Made by a program: the position numbers and the translations under genes. From the IMG/VR virus record IMGVR_UViG_3300020577_001581, positions 4,227 through 68,226 of that record: a DNA stretch of 64,000 bases; one strand, given 5' to 3'. The notes under the pieces are model-generated. The model worked only from the letters and a program-made list of their open reading frames with translations. It made no database searches and was not told the origin of the DNA. The DNA comes from a virus. Its lineage: Duplodnaviria; Caudoviricetes. Each line of letters begins with the position of its first letter. Positions within the stretch are counted from its first letter, which is position 1. Shown here in pieces: positions 46,048 to 56,677 of this stretch.

Positions 46048-47142
46048 ATGGCAAGTACTAAATTATTATTTCCTGAAAATGTACCATCATTAGCATCTGC
46101 TCCAGGATCGCCAACAAATGGTATGTCTTACTACGATACTACATTAAATGCTTACAGGGTATATTCTAATTCAGCTTGGATAAATGTAGGATCAGGCGGT
46201 AGTGGAGATATCGTATCTACATTAGTTAATGCAGAAGTATCAATAACTACTACTACAACAGCTACAATCAATAAGATGCATGTATGTTCAGGTACATCAG
46301 CTAACTATACAGTAAGTTTACCATCTCCATCAGGAAATACAGGTAAGCCTTTAGGTTTACGTATGTCTACTGATTTAACTAAACTTGTAACTATTGATGC
46401 AGGAGCAGGAGTTACAATCAATGGTAAATCTACAACATTAAACGGTTCTATTACTAATGTAGCAACTACTCTAACAGTTAATTCAGCTGCTGGATTTCCA
46501 TCTTCTAATCAATTTGCTATTCAAATAGATAGTGAATTATTAGTAGTTACTGCAGGAATGGGAACTACTACTTGGACAGTTAGACGTGGAGTTAATGGTA
46601 CAACAGCAGTAAGTCATAGTAATGCAGCTATAGTAGATTGGAATCGTACACGTGTAATGTGGGCTAATGAAGCAGTAACATTACTATGTGACGGTTCTAA
46701 TTGGTATAAATTGGCAAGTAATAATGTACCTATGCAATGTAATATGGCTAGGGCAAGTTTTCTTAGTGCTGGATCCGGATTAGTTAATATTCCTATGGAT
46801 ACAACTATTTCTGATCCTACTGGAATTATGGCAGATCCAACAACTAATAAGGGGATTATTGTAGCTAGGACAGGTACGTATTTACTTATTGGAACAGCTA
46901 GTTATTCATTAGCTGCAAATATGACAAATGCACAAGCTAAATTAATAATTAATGGAACAGCTGTTAGAAATAAAGCTGATAATGGATTAAGTGGTGGTAA
47001 TATTACACCACAATGTGTACATACTGCTATTCTTGCAGCAGGAGATGTATTTACATTAGCTACGTACATGAGTTCTGCCTCTTACTCATTCTACGTTACA
47101 GCTCCTTACGAAAATCAAATCAGTCTACAGGAGTTACCATAA
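46048..47142 (+). CDS. fibre/receptor-binding protein
   Basis: N-terminal module shared with previous ORF; V.RG..GT.A..H; C1q-like C-terminus. Confidence 0.65.
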   Translation: MASTKLLFPENVPSLASAPGSPTNGMSYYDTTLNAYRVYSNSAWINVGSGGSGDIVSTLVNAEVSITTTTTATINKMHVCSGTSANYTVSLPSPSGNTGKPLGLRMSTDLTKLVTIDAGAGVTINGKSTTLNGSITNVATTLTVNSAAGFPSSNQFAIQIDSELLVVTAGMGTTTWTVRRGVNGTTAVSHSNAAIVDWNRTRVMWANEAVTLLCDGSNWYKLASNNVPMQCNMARASFLSAGSGLVNIPMDTTISDPTGIMADPTTNKGIIVARTGTYLLIGTASYSLAANMTNAQAKLIINGTAVRNKADNGLSGGNITPQCVHTAILAAGDVFTLATYMSSASYSFYVTAPYENQISLQELP

Positions 47143-47696
47143 TGTTAGTATCTTTAGAAGATGCAATATTCTTTTATCATCCAACAGCACAACAACCAAT
47201 AGACTTTTTATTACATAACAAAAACTTAGGTGAAGGTCCATATATACTAGAATGGAATGTTAAAGTTAATGGTGTATTAGTACCGCAACCCACACCAGAA
47301 CAGTTAGAAGCTGTTACACAAGAACAAGTAGATGCATTAAAGTTATCAATTATACAAACTGAAGCATCTAAAGCAGCTTTATTGTCTACTAATCCTGTTG
47401 ATATGGCTAACCGTACAGATGCTAACTTACAATGGTCTAGAATAAATGATGAAGCAGAAATAACAAGTTATATATTAGATACTATAGGAATTAATAAAGA
47501 TAAATTTATTACCGATATAACTAATAGACGTAAAGCATTTTTAGCTATTCCTGGTAATAAGTTTGAACAAACACCTACTGATCCTGAGGTAATGTATAAT
47601 CAGTTAGTACGTTTACCACAATCATATATAGTAAACATTATTATAAAAGCAATCCAAGCAGGTATAGGTGATCCAATAATCCTTCCTCCAGGATAA
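47142..47696 (+). CDS. fibre assembly protein (XkdW-like)
   Basis: I.EW.......PQPT.EQL; start set at 47142 (AGGAG SD, stop-start overlap). Confidence 0.55.
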   Translation: MLVSLEDAIFFYHPTAQQPIDFLLHNKNLGEGPYILEWNVKVNGVLVPQPTPEQLEAVTQEQVDALKLSIIQTEASKAALLSTNPVDMANRTDANLQWSRINDEAEITSYILDTIGINKDKFITDITNRRKAFLAIPGNKFEQTPTDPEVMYNQLVRLPQSYIVNIIIKAIQAGIGDPIILPPG

Positions 47697-47864
47697 TTAT
47701 CATGCATTTAGGATTTTATTTAAGTTTACATTCTCGTAAGACTGCTAAAATAAAACTTAGTACGTTACCACCAACTAATATAAATGATAACAAACAAAAT
47801 GATAAACCTGTAACTAAACCAGAATCTAAACAATCAAAGTAACTTGTATTTAAAGGAGCATCTA

Positions 47865-48158
47865 ATGGAAGAAACATCAGGCATAAAATACTTACCATAT
47901 ACAATAACTATATGTATATTTGTAGGTCTATTAGTATTAAATTTAGTAGTAAACATTCGTATACTTTTAAATATACGTAATGCTAATGCTAAAAGATGCT
48001 CTTGCGGAATAGATATAGCTAATATTAAATTAATTATATCTAAATGGGATAGAACATTACAAAAACATGAAAGTATTTTAGATCCTATAATTAAAAGAAA
48101 AAGTGAATACATTACTACAAAGGATTATGAAACAATAAAAGAAGTTGTTACTAAATAA
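47865..48158 (+). CDS. membrane protein (holin-like)
   Basis: AAGGAG SD; one TM helix. Confidence 0.5.
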   Translation: MEETSGIKYLPYTITICIFVGLLVLNLVVNIRILLNIRNANAKRCSCGIDIANIKLIISKWDRTLQKHESILDPIIKRKSEYITTKDYETIKEVVTK

Positions 48159-48171
48159 AAGGAATGTTTAA

Positions 48172-48798
48172 ATGGATTGGAATACAGTATTAATTACCTT
48201 AGTAACTGCTATGATATCAGCAATTACTGGTATATTAATTACTACATCTGGAGGAATGAAACAATTAATAGAAGTTTATTTTAAAAAGAAAAGTAGACAA
48301 ATACTAAAAGACGTACATGCAGGAGGATTACAATCATTAGGCGAATACATGTACGTACTTGACAAGCTTATGAGGTTTAGTTATGTTGACAGAGTTATTA
48401 TCTTTAGTGGACAAAATGGTGGTGGCAAACCACAAGTAGGCAAACCATATACTATTCGTGCTTTGTATGGTTACTCTAAAAATGGTGATGATGTCTATAA
48501 ACGATATGATTTTGATATCCCTATAGACAAAGATTACTATTTTATGATAGCTGATCTAATACAAAAAGAATCGATAGTTAATATAGTAAGCGAAATGAAA
48601 GATGGATCAATTTTAAAAGCTTACTATACACAAGAAAAAGTAATGTCTTCTGTTTTGTATCTATTACACATATATGAGGATGATAACGCAATACACTATA
48701 TAAATATTGGAAGTTACACACAAGTATTTACCAGAGAGCAATTAATACCGATAGAACTAGAAATAGCAAGATTACGTGGGCTACACAACAAAGATTAA
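48172..48798 (+). CDS. membrane-anchored protein
   Basis: N-terminal TM helix, then alpha/beta (GAF-like?) domain. Confidence 0.5.
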   Translation: MDWNTVLITLVTAMISAITGILITTSGGMKQLIEVYFKKKSRQILKDVHAGGLQSLGEYMYVLDKLMRFSYVDRVIIFSGQNGGGKPQVGKPYTIRALYGYSKNGDDVYKRYDFDIPIDKDYYFMIADLIQKESIVNIVSEMKDGSILKAYYTQEKVMSSVLYLLHIYEDDNAIHYINIGSYTQVFTREQLIPIELEIARLRGLHNKD

Positions 48799-48819
48799 TA
48801 TACTCAAACGGAGCAAAAA

Positions 48820-49638
48820 GTGAAACATAAGTTAATCAAATTGTTTTCAATTCTTAGTTTAGCACTACTAATGACATGTAGTGTTAATGCAACAGATAAT
48901 CCTGGATGGATACACTTTCCTAAGCAACAAAAAGATCAAACGCCTACACCTGTAGTTATTGATACTACTAAAATTGGTGCTGATCAATTGTATGTTGTTG
49001 ATTGTGATCTGGACGTAGAAGCAGACGTATTTCCTCCAGGAATTGCATTACTATCTACAGACAAAGGTCCTATCAAAATACGTGGAAAATTTGTTGATAG
49101 TACTTTAAGTAAATCTGAAACACGTACATATAACGGCAAAACTGTATTAACTATTGAACCGATTCAATCAGGTACAGTAACTTTACTTATCGTACCTACA
49201 GGAAAAGGTAAAGCAGATTGGATTAAGAAAAATCTAACTATTAACATTGGTGAAATACCTGACGTTAATCCTAATCCTAAACCTACACCTAAGCCTACTC
49301 CTGATCCTGTTGTAGTAACTGATCAAAAGCTTTTTATAGTGTACGTAGAATCGGATGGAAACTTTGTTAATAATCGTGGAGTGTTTATATCTAGTCCAGA
49401 GATTGTAGCACGAATTAAAGATAAAGGTCACAAAGTACGAATAGTAGATAAAGATGTAATAGGTATTGATGGTCAACCTCCTAAAGATGTTAAACGATTT
49501 CTTGATGCATGCGTAGGTAAAGACTATCCACAATTGTTTATTGTCGATCAAAAAGGAGCTACACTAAAACAATTTGACTGGAGTAATGATAAACAACCTA
49601 CTGACTTGATTAACATTCTTAAATCCTTTGGAGGTTAA
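48820..49638 (+). CDS. secreted protein with Pro-rich linker and thioredoxin-like C-terminal domain
   Basis: Signal peptide; PNPKPTPKPTPDP; YPQLFIVD..G. Confidence 0.6.
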   Translation: MKHKLIKLFSILSLALLMTCSVNATDNPGWIHFPKQQKDQTPTPVVIDTTKIGADQLYVVDCDLDVEADVFPPGIALLSTDKGPIKIRGKFVDSTLSKSETRTYNGKTVLTIEPIQSGTVTLLIVPTGKGKADWIKKNLTINIGEIPDVNPNPKPTPKPTPDPVVVTDQKLFIVYVESDGNFVNNRGVFISSPEIVARIKDKGHKVRIVDKDVIGIDGQPPKDVKRFLDACVGKDYPQLFIVDQKGATLKQFDWSNDKQPTDLINILKSFGG

Positions 49639-49644
49639 TATAAT

Positions 49645-50481
49645 ATGTCTTTTGCATTAACTACTACTTTACCTGATGGATATATTGTTCGTTTAGGTAA
49701 TAATCCTCCAGATGAAAACAAAGTAAAACTTAAATTACCGTTATACGGTAGTGTTCCTAGTGCTCCATTGATTCCAGAAACAGAATGGAAACGATTAATT
49801 GATCTTATGGGAAATGATTTTAATCATCCTCATTTGCCATATGTTCATGATCAAGATGGTATCGGACAATGTAATTGTGATGCTGGAGCAGCTGCAATAG
49901 AGTCAGAACGTATAGCACAAGGCTTACCTCCTGTTGTTCTTTCTGCAGCTGATTTATATGATCGTATTAATGGCGGTAGGGATGATGGCAGTACCTTAGA
50001 AGATGCATTATCTGAACTTATGTCTAATGGTATAGGTACTAAAGAAGATTGTGGTACTACTTTATGGACTAGAGGATTTAAACGAGCTACATCTGAACAA
50101 AGAGCTAAGTATAAGATTACTAAAGCTTTCTTGTGTCCTGATGTAAATCATATTATCTCTGCTGTATTATCTGGATTTAAACTTGTATCGGGTATATGGT
50201 GGTATGATAGTTACTCTTCTCCAGGAAGTGATGGATGGTTACCTAATCCTAGAGGAGGGAGAGGAGGGCATGCAGTATTTGGTTATAAAGCAAACTATCG
50301 TATGATAGGTAATCAAATACAATACGGTGTTGTACATCAAAATAGTTGGCGTCCAACATGGGGAATTAATGGTAGATGTGTATTCCCGACTACTGTTTAC
50401 CAGCAAGGTGGAATCGGTGGATGGTATGCTGTTAAAGGTGTTACGGATGAAGGTGGGATAATTCCTACGCCTGCAGCGTAA
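49645..50481 (+). CDS. papain-like (C1) cysteine peptidase
   Basis: DQ..IGQC (Gln, Cys), GGHAV (His), QNSW...WG..G (Asn). Confidence 0.8.
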   Translation: MSFALTTTLPDGYIVRLGNNPPDENKVKLKLPLYGSVPSAPLIPETEWKRLIDLMGNDFNHPHLPYVHDQDGIGQCNCDAGAAAIESERIAQGLPPVVLSAADLYDRINGGRDDGSTLEDALSELMSNGIGTKEDCGTTLWTRGFKRATSEQRAKYKITKAFLCPDVNHIISAVLSGFKLVSGIWWYDSYSSPGSDGWLPNPRGGRGGHAVFGYKANYRMIGNQIQYGVVHQNSWRPTWGINGRCVFPTTVYQQGGIGGWYAVKGVTDEGGIIPTPAA

Positions 50482-50533
50482 CTTTACTAAACATTACTCT
50501 AACTGTTTTTAAAAACTTTCTAAGGAGTATTTT

Positions 50534-50962
50534 ATGTTTCGTGCTTTACTCAATTTACGTAGTGCATTGTCTTCACGTGATTTTGCTGGAATTATCGAAG
50601 CTGCTAAAAAACTTGCAGATTTAGTAGGGTTAGGTAATGAATGTAGTGAATTGATTGGATTAGTTACAGCATGTCAAAATGGTAATTATAGTGCAGCATT
50701 AGAACAAGCTGCATTATTCTTACATGATGTAGCTAAATACATTCAAGGATTTAAGACTAGTGTAATGGCTCCTCATGCTGATAATTGTTTAGCTTTCCTT
50801 GAATCAGCAGAAAAGGGTAATGTGGATGAACATTGGTTAACAGCTAATAACCGATCCAAGATTCTTGATCCATTTACTATGAACTTGATTATTCAAGCTT
50901 CATTACAACTATCACAATGGATTATTGAACGTATTGCCGCACGTAGGAATGCTGGTAACTAA
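50534..50962 (+). CDS. amphipathic helical protein (possible lysis accessory)
   Basis: AAGGAG SD; ends the cassette before a terminator-like hairpin at about 51009-51050. Confidence 0.5.
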   Translation: MFRALLNLRSALSSRDFAGIIEAAKKLADLVGLGNECSELIGLVTACQNGNYSAALEQAALFLHDVAKYIQGFKTSVMAPHADNCLAFLESAEKGNVDEHWLTANNRSKILDPFTMNLIIQASLQLSQWIIERIAARRNAGN

Positions 50963-51050
50963 ATAATAAACAATTGTTGAAAGATCGGTTTTAACAATAC
51001 TAACATTTCACTAGAATCATAAATAGAGATATTGTGGTTCTAGTGATTTT

Positions 51051-51530
51051 TTGTTTAATAATAAATACAATAAAACAATGGCAAATACTTTAAATAATTC
51101 TACTGCAGAAATCATCGGACAAATGCTAGTAGATCTAGGTATTTGTTCAGACTCTAATCAATCTAACTGGCAATTGTATATAGGGAATGAAGAAGATAAC
51201 CCAGATAATTGTATAACTGTTTATGATACATCATCATTAGATCAAGGTTACTTAATGATTGATGGAAGTAAACAAGGTCCTAATGGAGTACAAATACGTA
51301 TTAGAGGAATCAATCGTAAAACATCTTACCAGAAATCTGATGAGATTTTTACAGCTCTCTCTAAGAACATTAAAGCAGGAGCATATGATAGAACGATACG
51401 TATAGGAGATAATTCTTATAAATTTCGTTCAATAAGTTCTATAAGTAATGTAATATCATTAGGAAAGGAGACAAATACTAATAGATATTTACACACTATA
51501 AACACACAAGTTAATCTAAAAGCAATTTAA
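51051..51530 (+). CDS. tail terminator protein
   Basis: PDN.I.VYDT, VQIR.RG; directly before tail tube. Confidence 0.7.
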   Translation: MFNNKYNKTMANTLNNSTAEIIGQMLVDLGICSDSNQSNWQLYIGNEEDNPDNCITVYDTSSLDQGYLMIDGSKQGPNGVQIRIRGINRKTSYQKSDEIFTALSKNIKAGAYDRTIRIGDNSYKFRSISSISNVISLGKETNTNRYLHTINTQVNLKAI

Positions 51531-51574
51531 TTTAACTTTTTAACAAAAGTAATTTTTAACAAAAGGATAATATA

Positions 51575-52057
51575 ATGGCTGTTCCTACGCCGACTACTCG
51601 TGTAGATCCGTCTACCCTTGGTATTATGTTAACTGAAGGTTATCAATCTTTAGTTACATTTGCTGCTAATCCAAGCGTTTTATTGTGGGAAATTTCGATT
51701 ACTCCGTCTGGTCGTGATGGTGGAGAATTAATCGATTGTACTACTCAATTTGCACAACGTACATTAGTCAAACGTCCTCAAAAACTTTACGAAGTTACTG
51801 ATATGACGTTTACTTGTGGATACGATCCAGCAGCAATAGCACAAGTTGAAAATCTTGTTAATAAAGAAACTACTATTACTGTTACATTACCTGATGGTAG
51901 TAACGAAGCTTATTTTGGTTGTATGACTAAATTTGAACGTGGAGCACACGAACATGGTACCCTTGCAACAGGTACTGTGACAATCGGATTCACCAACTGG
52001 GATGTTGCTACTCATACTCAACAACAACCTCAATACGTTAACGTTCCAGGTACGTAA
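51575..52057 (+). CDS. major tail tube protein
   Basis: I.P.G......ID.T, YDPA, T.TLPDG...F.G.......TI. Confidence 0.75.
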   Translation: MAVPTPTTRVDPSTLGIMLTEGYQSLVTFAANPSVLLWEISITPSGRDGGELIDCTTQFAQRTLVKRPQKLYEVTDMTFTCGYDPAAIAQVENLVNKETTITVTLPDGSNEAYFGCMTKFERGAHEHGTLATGTVTIGFTNWDVATHTQQQPQYVNVPGT

Positions 52058-52118
52058 TTTAACCATTAACTCTAACAGTGATTTATTTTAAAAGTGATTT
52101 ATTATAAAGGAGCATTTT

Positions 52119-52556
52119 ATGTCTAACGAAGTTATGGATTTCTCAAACGAAGAAATTCAAATTGTAGAAGTTAACTTTCCTCCTAAGATTAGTGATAAAA
52201 AACACTATCTTAAGCCTGCTGATGGAAATGCTGAAATAGCTCACCGACGATTAATGCTTTCCGCGGCTAAGATCGGATCAGATGGACGCCCTACACAATT
52301 AGGAGAAGACATTACTAAACTAGCTCCTACGTTAGTTGGTATGTGTTTATTCTGTGAAAACAATACTAATCCAGTAGGTATGATTTGGGCAAGTAAATTA
52401 CCTGCTACACTTCTTGCTAAGTTGTATGAAAAAGCAACTATTATATCAGGCATCAAAAAGAACGAAGATAGGTTAACCAAAGAAGAACGTATAGCTAAAC
52501 TAAAAGAAGAATTAGCTAACTTAGAATCTTTGGAGAATGAAGCAAAAAAAGATTAG
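52119..52556 (+). CDS. tail assembly chaperone (gpG-like)
   Basis: Between tube and tape measure genes; ends in slippery A AAA AAA. Confidence 0.75.
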   Translation: MSNEVMDFSNEEIQIVEVNFPPKISDKKHYLKPADGNAEIAHRRLMLSAAKIGSDGRPTQLGEDITKLAPTLVGMCLFCENNTNPVGMIWASKLPATLLAKLYEKATIISGIKKNEDRLTKEERIAKLKEELANLESLENEAKKD

Positions 52557-52570
52557 ATCTGTACAGATCT
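52544..52570 (+). other. -1 programmed frameshift signal
   Basis: A AAA AAA at 52544-52550; perfect palindrome AGATCTGTACAGATCT at 52555-52570; -1 frame open into 52574 ORF. Confidence 0.75.
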
Positions 52571-52573
52571 TGG

Positions 52574-52912
52574 ATGTATCTATCTTTAAGACTAGGAATT
52601 TCCTTAGAAGAAACGTTAAAACTTTCTTTTAAGGAATTTCTTTTATGGCAAGATTATTTTAAAGAAGAATGGAATACACCAAATCGTACAGACCATTATC
52701 TCATGCAAGTTGCTTTAAAAATAATTGAAACAAATACTAAAAATTCAAAAACTAAATTGAATGATCTCAAGATACCATTTAAAGAGGCAAAGAAAAAACC
52801 TGGTAAGTTTGTACATACAAAACAATCAATTGAGGCAACAAAAAGTAGATGGAGAGCAGCCGCTGGTTATGATCCAATAACTCTTCCCCAGGAAGAATCG
52901 CAGGAACAGTAA
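52574..52912 (+). CDS. tail assembly chaperone extension (gpT-like)
   Basis: -1 frame relative to gpG; L.L.LG.S..E.....S..EF..W. Confidence 0.7.
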   Translation: MYLSLRLGISLEETLKLSFKEFLLWQDYFKEEWNTPNRTDHYLMQVALKIIETNTKNSKTKLNDLKIPFKEAKKKPGKFVHTKQSIEATKSRWRAAAGYDPITLPQEESQEQ

Positions 52913-52913
52913 T

Positions 52914-55106
52914 ATGAATGAAGTTGAACTAGAGAGAATGATAGTTAGAATTATAGGAGATAATAGCTTATATCTATCTTCTCTAGTTCAATCTATGTCT
53001 GCTACTACTAGATTTGAATCAGGCATTAAATCAAGTACTAATGCAATTGGAGCATTCTATAATCAAGTTCAGATGTATAGTAGTCAAGTTACTGCTGGCT
53101 TAAATGCTATGTTAGGTACTACATCTGTAGTAACTAGTTTGTTTAAATCTATTAAGTTATCTTCAGAAATGGAGCAAACACAGATAGCTTTTACAACTTT
53201 ACTACAATCAGCAGATCAAGCTAAAGAATTGATTTCACAGTTAGTTAAATTTGCTGATTTAACTCCTTTTGAACCTGATGAAGTTGTTAAAGCTTCTAGA
53301 GTCTTATTAGCGTTTGGTACAGGAGCTAAAGATATAATCCCTACTATGACAAAATTAGGGGATTTAGCTTCAGGTTTACATACTCCTCTTAATGATCTAG
53401 TACTTATATACGCTAAAATGAAGAACATGGGGAAAGTATATCTTCATGATCTTAACCAGTTTGGTGAGAGAGGTATTAATATATGGGATGAATTAGCTAA
53501 AGAAACAGGTAAGAATATAGAACAATTAAGAGAAATGGTACACCATGGGCAAGTAAGTTTTCCTATGGTAGAAAAAGCATTAAACAATCTTACCAAAGCA
53601 GGAGGTATGTTTGCTGGTGGAATGGAGGCACAAAGTAAATCTTTAGGAGGTTTATATAGTACACTTAAAGGATACTTTGATGGTGTATTAAGAGAAACAG
53701 GAACTCTTATCACAGAAACATTATATCTCAAAGAAGTTGTAGATTATGTAGGTCAAGCATTCGCAAAAGCACAAGATTATATAAAGGAATTATCTCCTGA
53801 AGCTAAAGCTATATTTTCAGCAGTTACTATAGCTGTTGCTAGTTTACTTACTTTAGGAGCTACATGGTCTATTTTAGGTAGTACCATTACAGCTTCATTA
53901 ACTCCTATTCTTGCTATCATACGTCTGTTTATGGGACCTATTGGATGGTTAATAGGAGCAGCTGCCTTAGTAGCAAACTCCTGGGCAGAAAGCTTAGGAG
54001 GCTGGAGTAACTTATGGATATTAGTACAATATCATGCTAAAGAATATTGGTATTATATAGAAGATAAATTTAATTCATTTATTAGTTGGGTTACTCCTAT
54101 ATGGATTGCTTTTGTTTCTTTAGCAAATACAGTATGGGAAGAAGTTAAAGCGATAGTAGTAGATGTATGGACAGTTATAGTAGAGTCTGTACAAGAAAAT
54201 ATAGAATTTATAACAGGATTGTTTGGAGCAATAGCAGATGAAAACGGTATTACATGGGATACAGTACGTAATGCTATTAGAGATGCTTTAATATTTGCTG
54301 AATTTTATATAAAGCATTTTTCAGAATTCATGCAATTATCATGGTTACAAGGTCAATTAGCATTTGAACAATTTACTAATGATATATTATATTTCTTTAC
54401 AGATGAAATACCTGTAGTAGTAGAATGGTTAGGAGAAGCTATAATACAGACTTTCACTAATTCACTAGAAAATTCTTTAATACTATTTAAAAATTTTGGT
54501 GAAAATATTATAGCTATATTTACTAATCTTCCAGGCTTAATAGCAGGTACAACTAAATGGGATGATATTTGGAAGCCATTAACTACAGGTATGAAGGATT
54601 TAGTATTAGCTGATATTATGTTACCTGAACGTGAAGCTACACAAGCAGAAACAGACCTTAAAAAACGTATAGATAAAATGTCAGAAGATTTAGGACAAGA
54701 ATGGAATAAATTTCATAAAGAAAAAACTGATACACCTTTTGATGTTACACCTGATGAAGAAGTATTTTATGAAAATGAAGCAACAGAATTAGGATCAAAA
54801 GTAGGTAGGGATTATGGTGGAGCTGTTGCAAAAGAAATACATAAGTTAGATGCTGTTGCCTTTGGATCAGCAGAAGCTTTATCTCGTTTAGCTGCTTATG
54901 CAGACAGTTTTAATAAGGATAATTCTACATCAGGTACACCTAAATCAGGAAACATGGAAGCAAGTTTGACAGCTTCTAATACTGGTTCACCTGATGCTCT
55001 CTCTAAACAAGATAAACAAATAGACTTACTAGCACAAATTCGTGATGCTGTAAAGATAGGTAATAATGATGCTGTTCAATTAAAAGCTGCTAACATCAAC
55101 GGTTAA
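52914..55106 (+). CDS. tape measure protein
   Basis: F.TLL.SA..A, TPF....V, QF.ERG, G..STL; Trp-periodic helical repeats. Confidence 0.9.
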   Translation: MNEVELERMIVRIIGDNSLYLSSLVQSMSATTRFESGIKSSTNAIGAFYNQVQMYSSQVTAGLNAMLGTTSVVTSLFKSIKLSSEMEQTQIAFTTLLQSADQAKELISQLVKFADLTPFEPDEVVKASRVLLAFGTGAKDIIPTMTKLGDLASGLHTPLNDLVLIYAKMKNMGKVYLHDLNQFGERGINIWDELAKETGKNIEQLREMVHHGQVSFPMVEKALNNLTKAGGMFAGGMEAQSKSLGGLYSTLKGYFDGVLRETGTLITETLYLKEVVDYVGQAFAKAQDYIKELSPEAKAIFSAVTIAVASLLTLGATWSILGSTITASLTPILAIIRLFMGPIGWLIGAAALVANSWAESLGGWSNLWILVQYHAKEYWYYIEDKFNSFISWVTPIWIAFVSLANTVWEEVKAIVVDVWTVIVESVQENIEFITGLFGAIADENGITWDTVRNAIRDALIFAEFYIKHFSEFMQLSWLQGQLAFEQFTNDILYFFTDEIPVVVEWLGEAIIQTFTNSLENSLILFKNFGENIIAIFTNLPGLIAGTTKWDDIWKPLTTGMKDLVLADIMLPEREATQAETDLKKRIDKMSEDLGQEWNKFHKEKTDTPFDVTPDEEVFYENEATELGSKVGRDYGGAVAKEIHKLDAVAFGSAEALSRLAAYADSFNKDNSTSGTPKSGNMEASLTASNTGSPDALSKQDKQIDLLAQIRDAVKIGNNDAVQLKAANING

Positions 55107-55121
55107 TGGAGATATAAATAT

Positions 55122-56189
55122 ATGTCCTGTTATATGCTTCCTGGTCCATCCTCTTACACTCTTAAATCCGATAATGATGGATATCGTACGTATTCAGTAA
55201 AGTTTAAAGTATATTCTGATTCTACTTATCCTTATATGGATGGTCCATTAACAGCTGCCAGATGTCCAGGCTTACCTCAATATGGTGACATATGGTCATT
55301 TGGAAGTGAAATAGACCCATGGGTATGGTGTTATCCTGAATTCGATGTAGCAGCAGCTCCTGAATTTAAAGAAGGTAGACCAGTTTTCGTATGGATCATT
55401 ACTAAAACATTTTCTAATAAACCATTAGGAAAGAAATGTCAAGACAGTGAAATACAAGATCCATTATTAATACCTCAAAAAGTATCAGGTAAGTTTAATA
55501 AAGTACGTATCGAAGCTACACGCGATAGATTTAATGAACCTATACAAAATAGTGCATTCGAAGTTATTAGAGGAAGTGAAATAGAATTTGATGCTGGTAA
55601 TCCTACAATAAAAATAGAACAGAATGTACCATTACTCGAATTTAATTTAGTATCTGCTTTAATGCATACTGTTAATGATTTTTATTTATGGGGATTCCCT
55701 CCTAGATGTATTAAATTGTCTAGCTTTGATTGGGAAAAAGTATATTACGGTACTTGTTACTACTATTATAAACGTACTTTTGAATTCGAAGTTAATACTA
55801 AAGCTATTACTGTATTAGATTCTGTAACTAATGCAACAATAGGAGCATACATTGTTAGTGGCTGGGATAAAGATTTACTTGATGAAGGAACCAAAGTAGT
55901 AAGAGGACAATGGGATAAAAATCCTTCTTCTCCTACATACAAAGCATATAAACCTGATCCTAGTGCAACATTTAGTTCACTTACTAACTCTTACACTAAC
56001 CCTAAAGATTTTGTACGCTTTCAAGATTGGAACGGTAATTATTCAAAAGTTATTTTGGATGGACATGGAAGGCCATGGGATCCAGATAATCTAACAACAG
56101 GTACATCAGACGATAATCCTGGTAATAATCACGTAGAATATTATCAAGAAAGTAATTTCTTTTTACTAAACATACCATCAGTTATATAA
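55122..56189 (+). CDS. tail tip protein (distal tail/hub-like)
   Basis: Directly after tape measure; beta-rich. Confidence 0.55.
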   Translation: MSCYMLPGPSSYTLKSDNDGYRTYSVKFKVYSDSTYPYMDGPLTAARCPGLPQYGDIWSFGSEIDPWVWCYPEFDVAAAPEFKEGRPVFVWIITKTFSNKPLGKKCQDSEIQDPLLIPQKVSGKFNKVRIEATRDRFNEPIQNSAFEVIRGSEIEFDAGNPTIKIEQNVPLLEFNLVSALMHTVNDFYLWGFPPRCIKLSSFDWEKVYYGTCYYYYKRTFEFEVNTKAITVLDSVTNATIGAYIVSGWDKDLLDEGTKVVRGQWDKNPSSPTYKAYKPDPSATFSSLTNSYTNPKDFVRFQDWNGNYSKVILDGHGRPWDPDNLTTGTSDDNPGNNHVEYYQESNFFLLNIPSVI

Positions 56190-56204
56190 TAATGGAGAAA
56201 TACA

Positions 56205-56627
56205 ATGGCAGGTGAAATTCGTATAACATCTAATTATCAAATAAACAAAACTCCCTTAGTTGTATATTCACAACCAGGATCATTCATAGCTACATTAAAT
56301 GGTAATAAGGGACCTTCTCCTGGTGTTTTATCTGTACCTATTACAGGCTTAAACGTTGATTTATCTAAACTTACTCAACCCGGTATATGTCGAATAGTTA
56401 ACCTTGATGCTACTAATTATTTGACTGCAGGTATATGGGACCCTGATACATCATTGTTTTATCCATTCATGGAAATATTACCTGGAGAATTCTTCGTATT
56501 TAGGTTATCACGTAGTATCTTAAACAGTGAAACAGGAGCAGGTACTACAGTATTAACAGATAAGTCATTGCGTTTACTTGCAAATAGTGCTACAATTAAT
56601 TGTATCGTAGAAGCGTTTGATAGTTAA
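56205..56627 (+). CDS. tail-associated protein
   Basis: Position; small jelly-roll-like pattern. Confidence 0.5.
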   Translation: MAGEIRITSNYQINKTPLVVYSQPGSFIATLNGNKGPSPGVLSVPITGLNVDLSKLTQPGICRIVNLDATNYLTAGIWDPDTSLFYPFMEILPGEFFVFRLSRSILNSETGAGTTVLTDKSLRLLANSATINCIVEAFDS

Positions 56628-56677
56628 ATATTATTAACTGTCAACAACTTCTTCCCAGGAATTTTAAGGAGCATGTA

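Noticed and set aside
47013-47141. N-terminal extension of the XkdW-like ORF
   Set aside because: Overlaps the fibre gene in another frame; AGGAG SD and stop-start overlap support 47142
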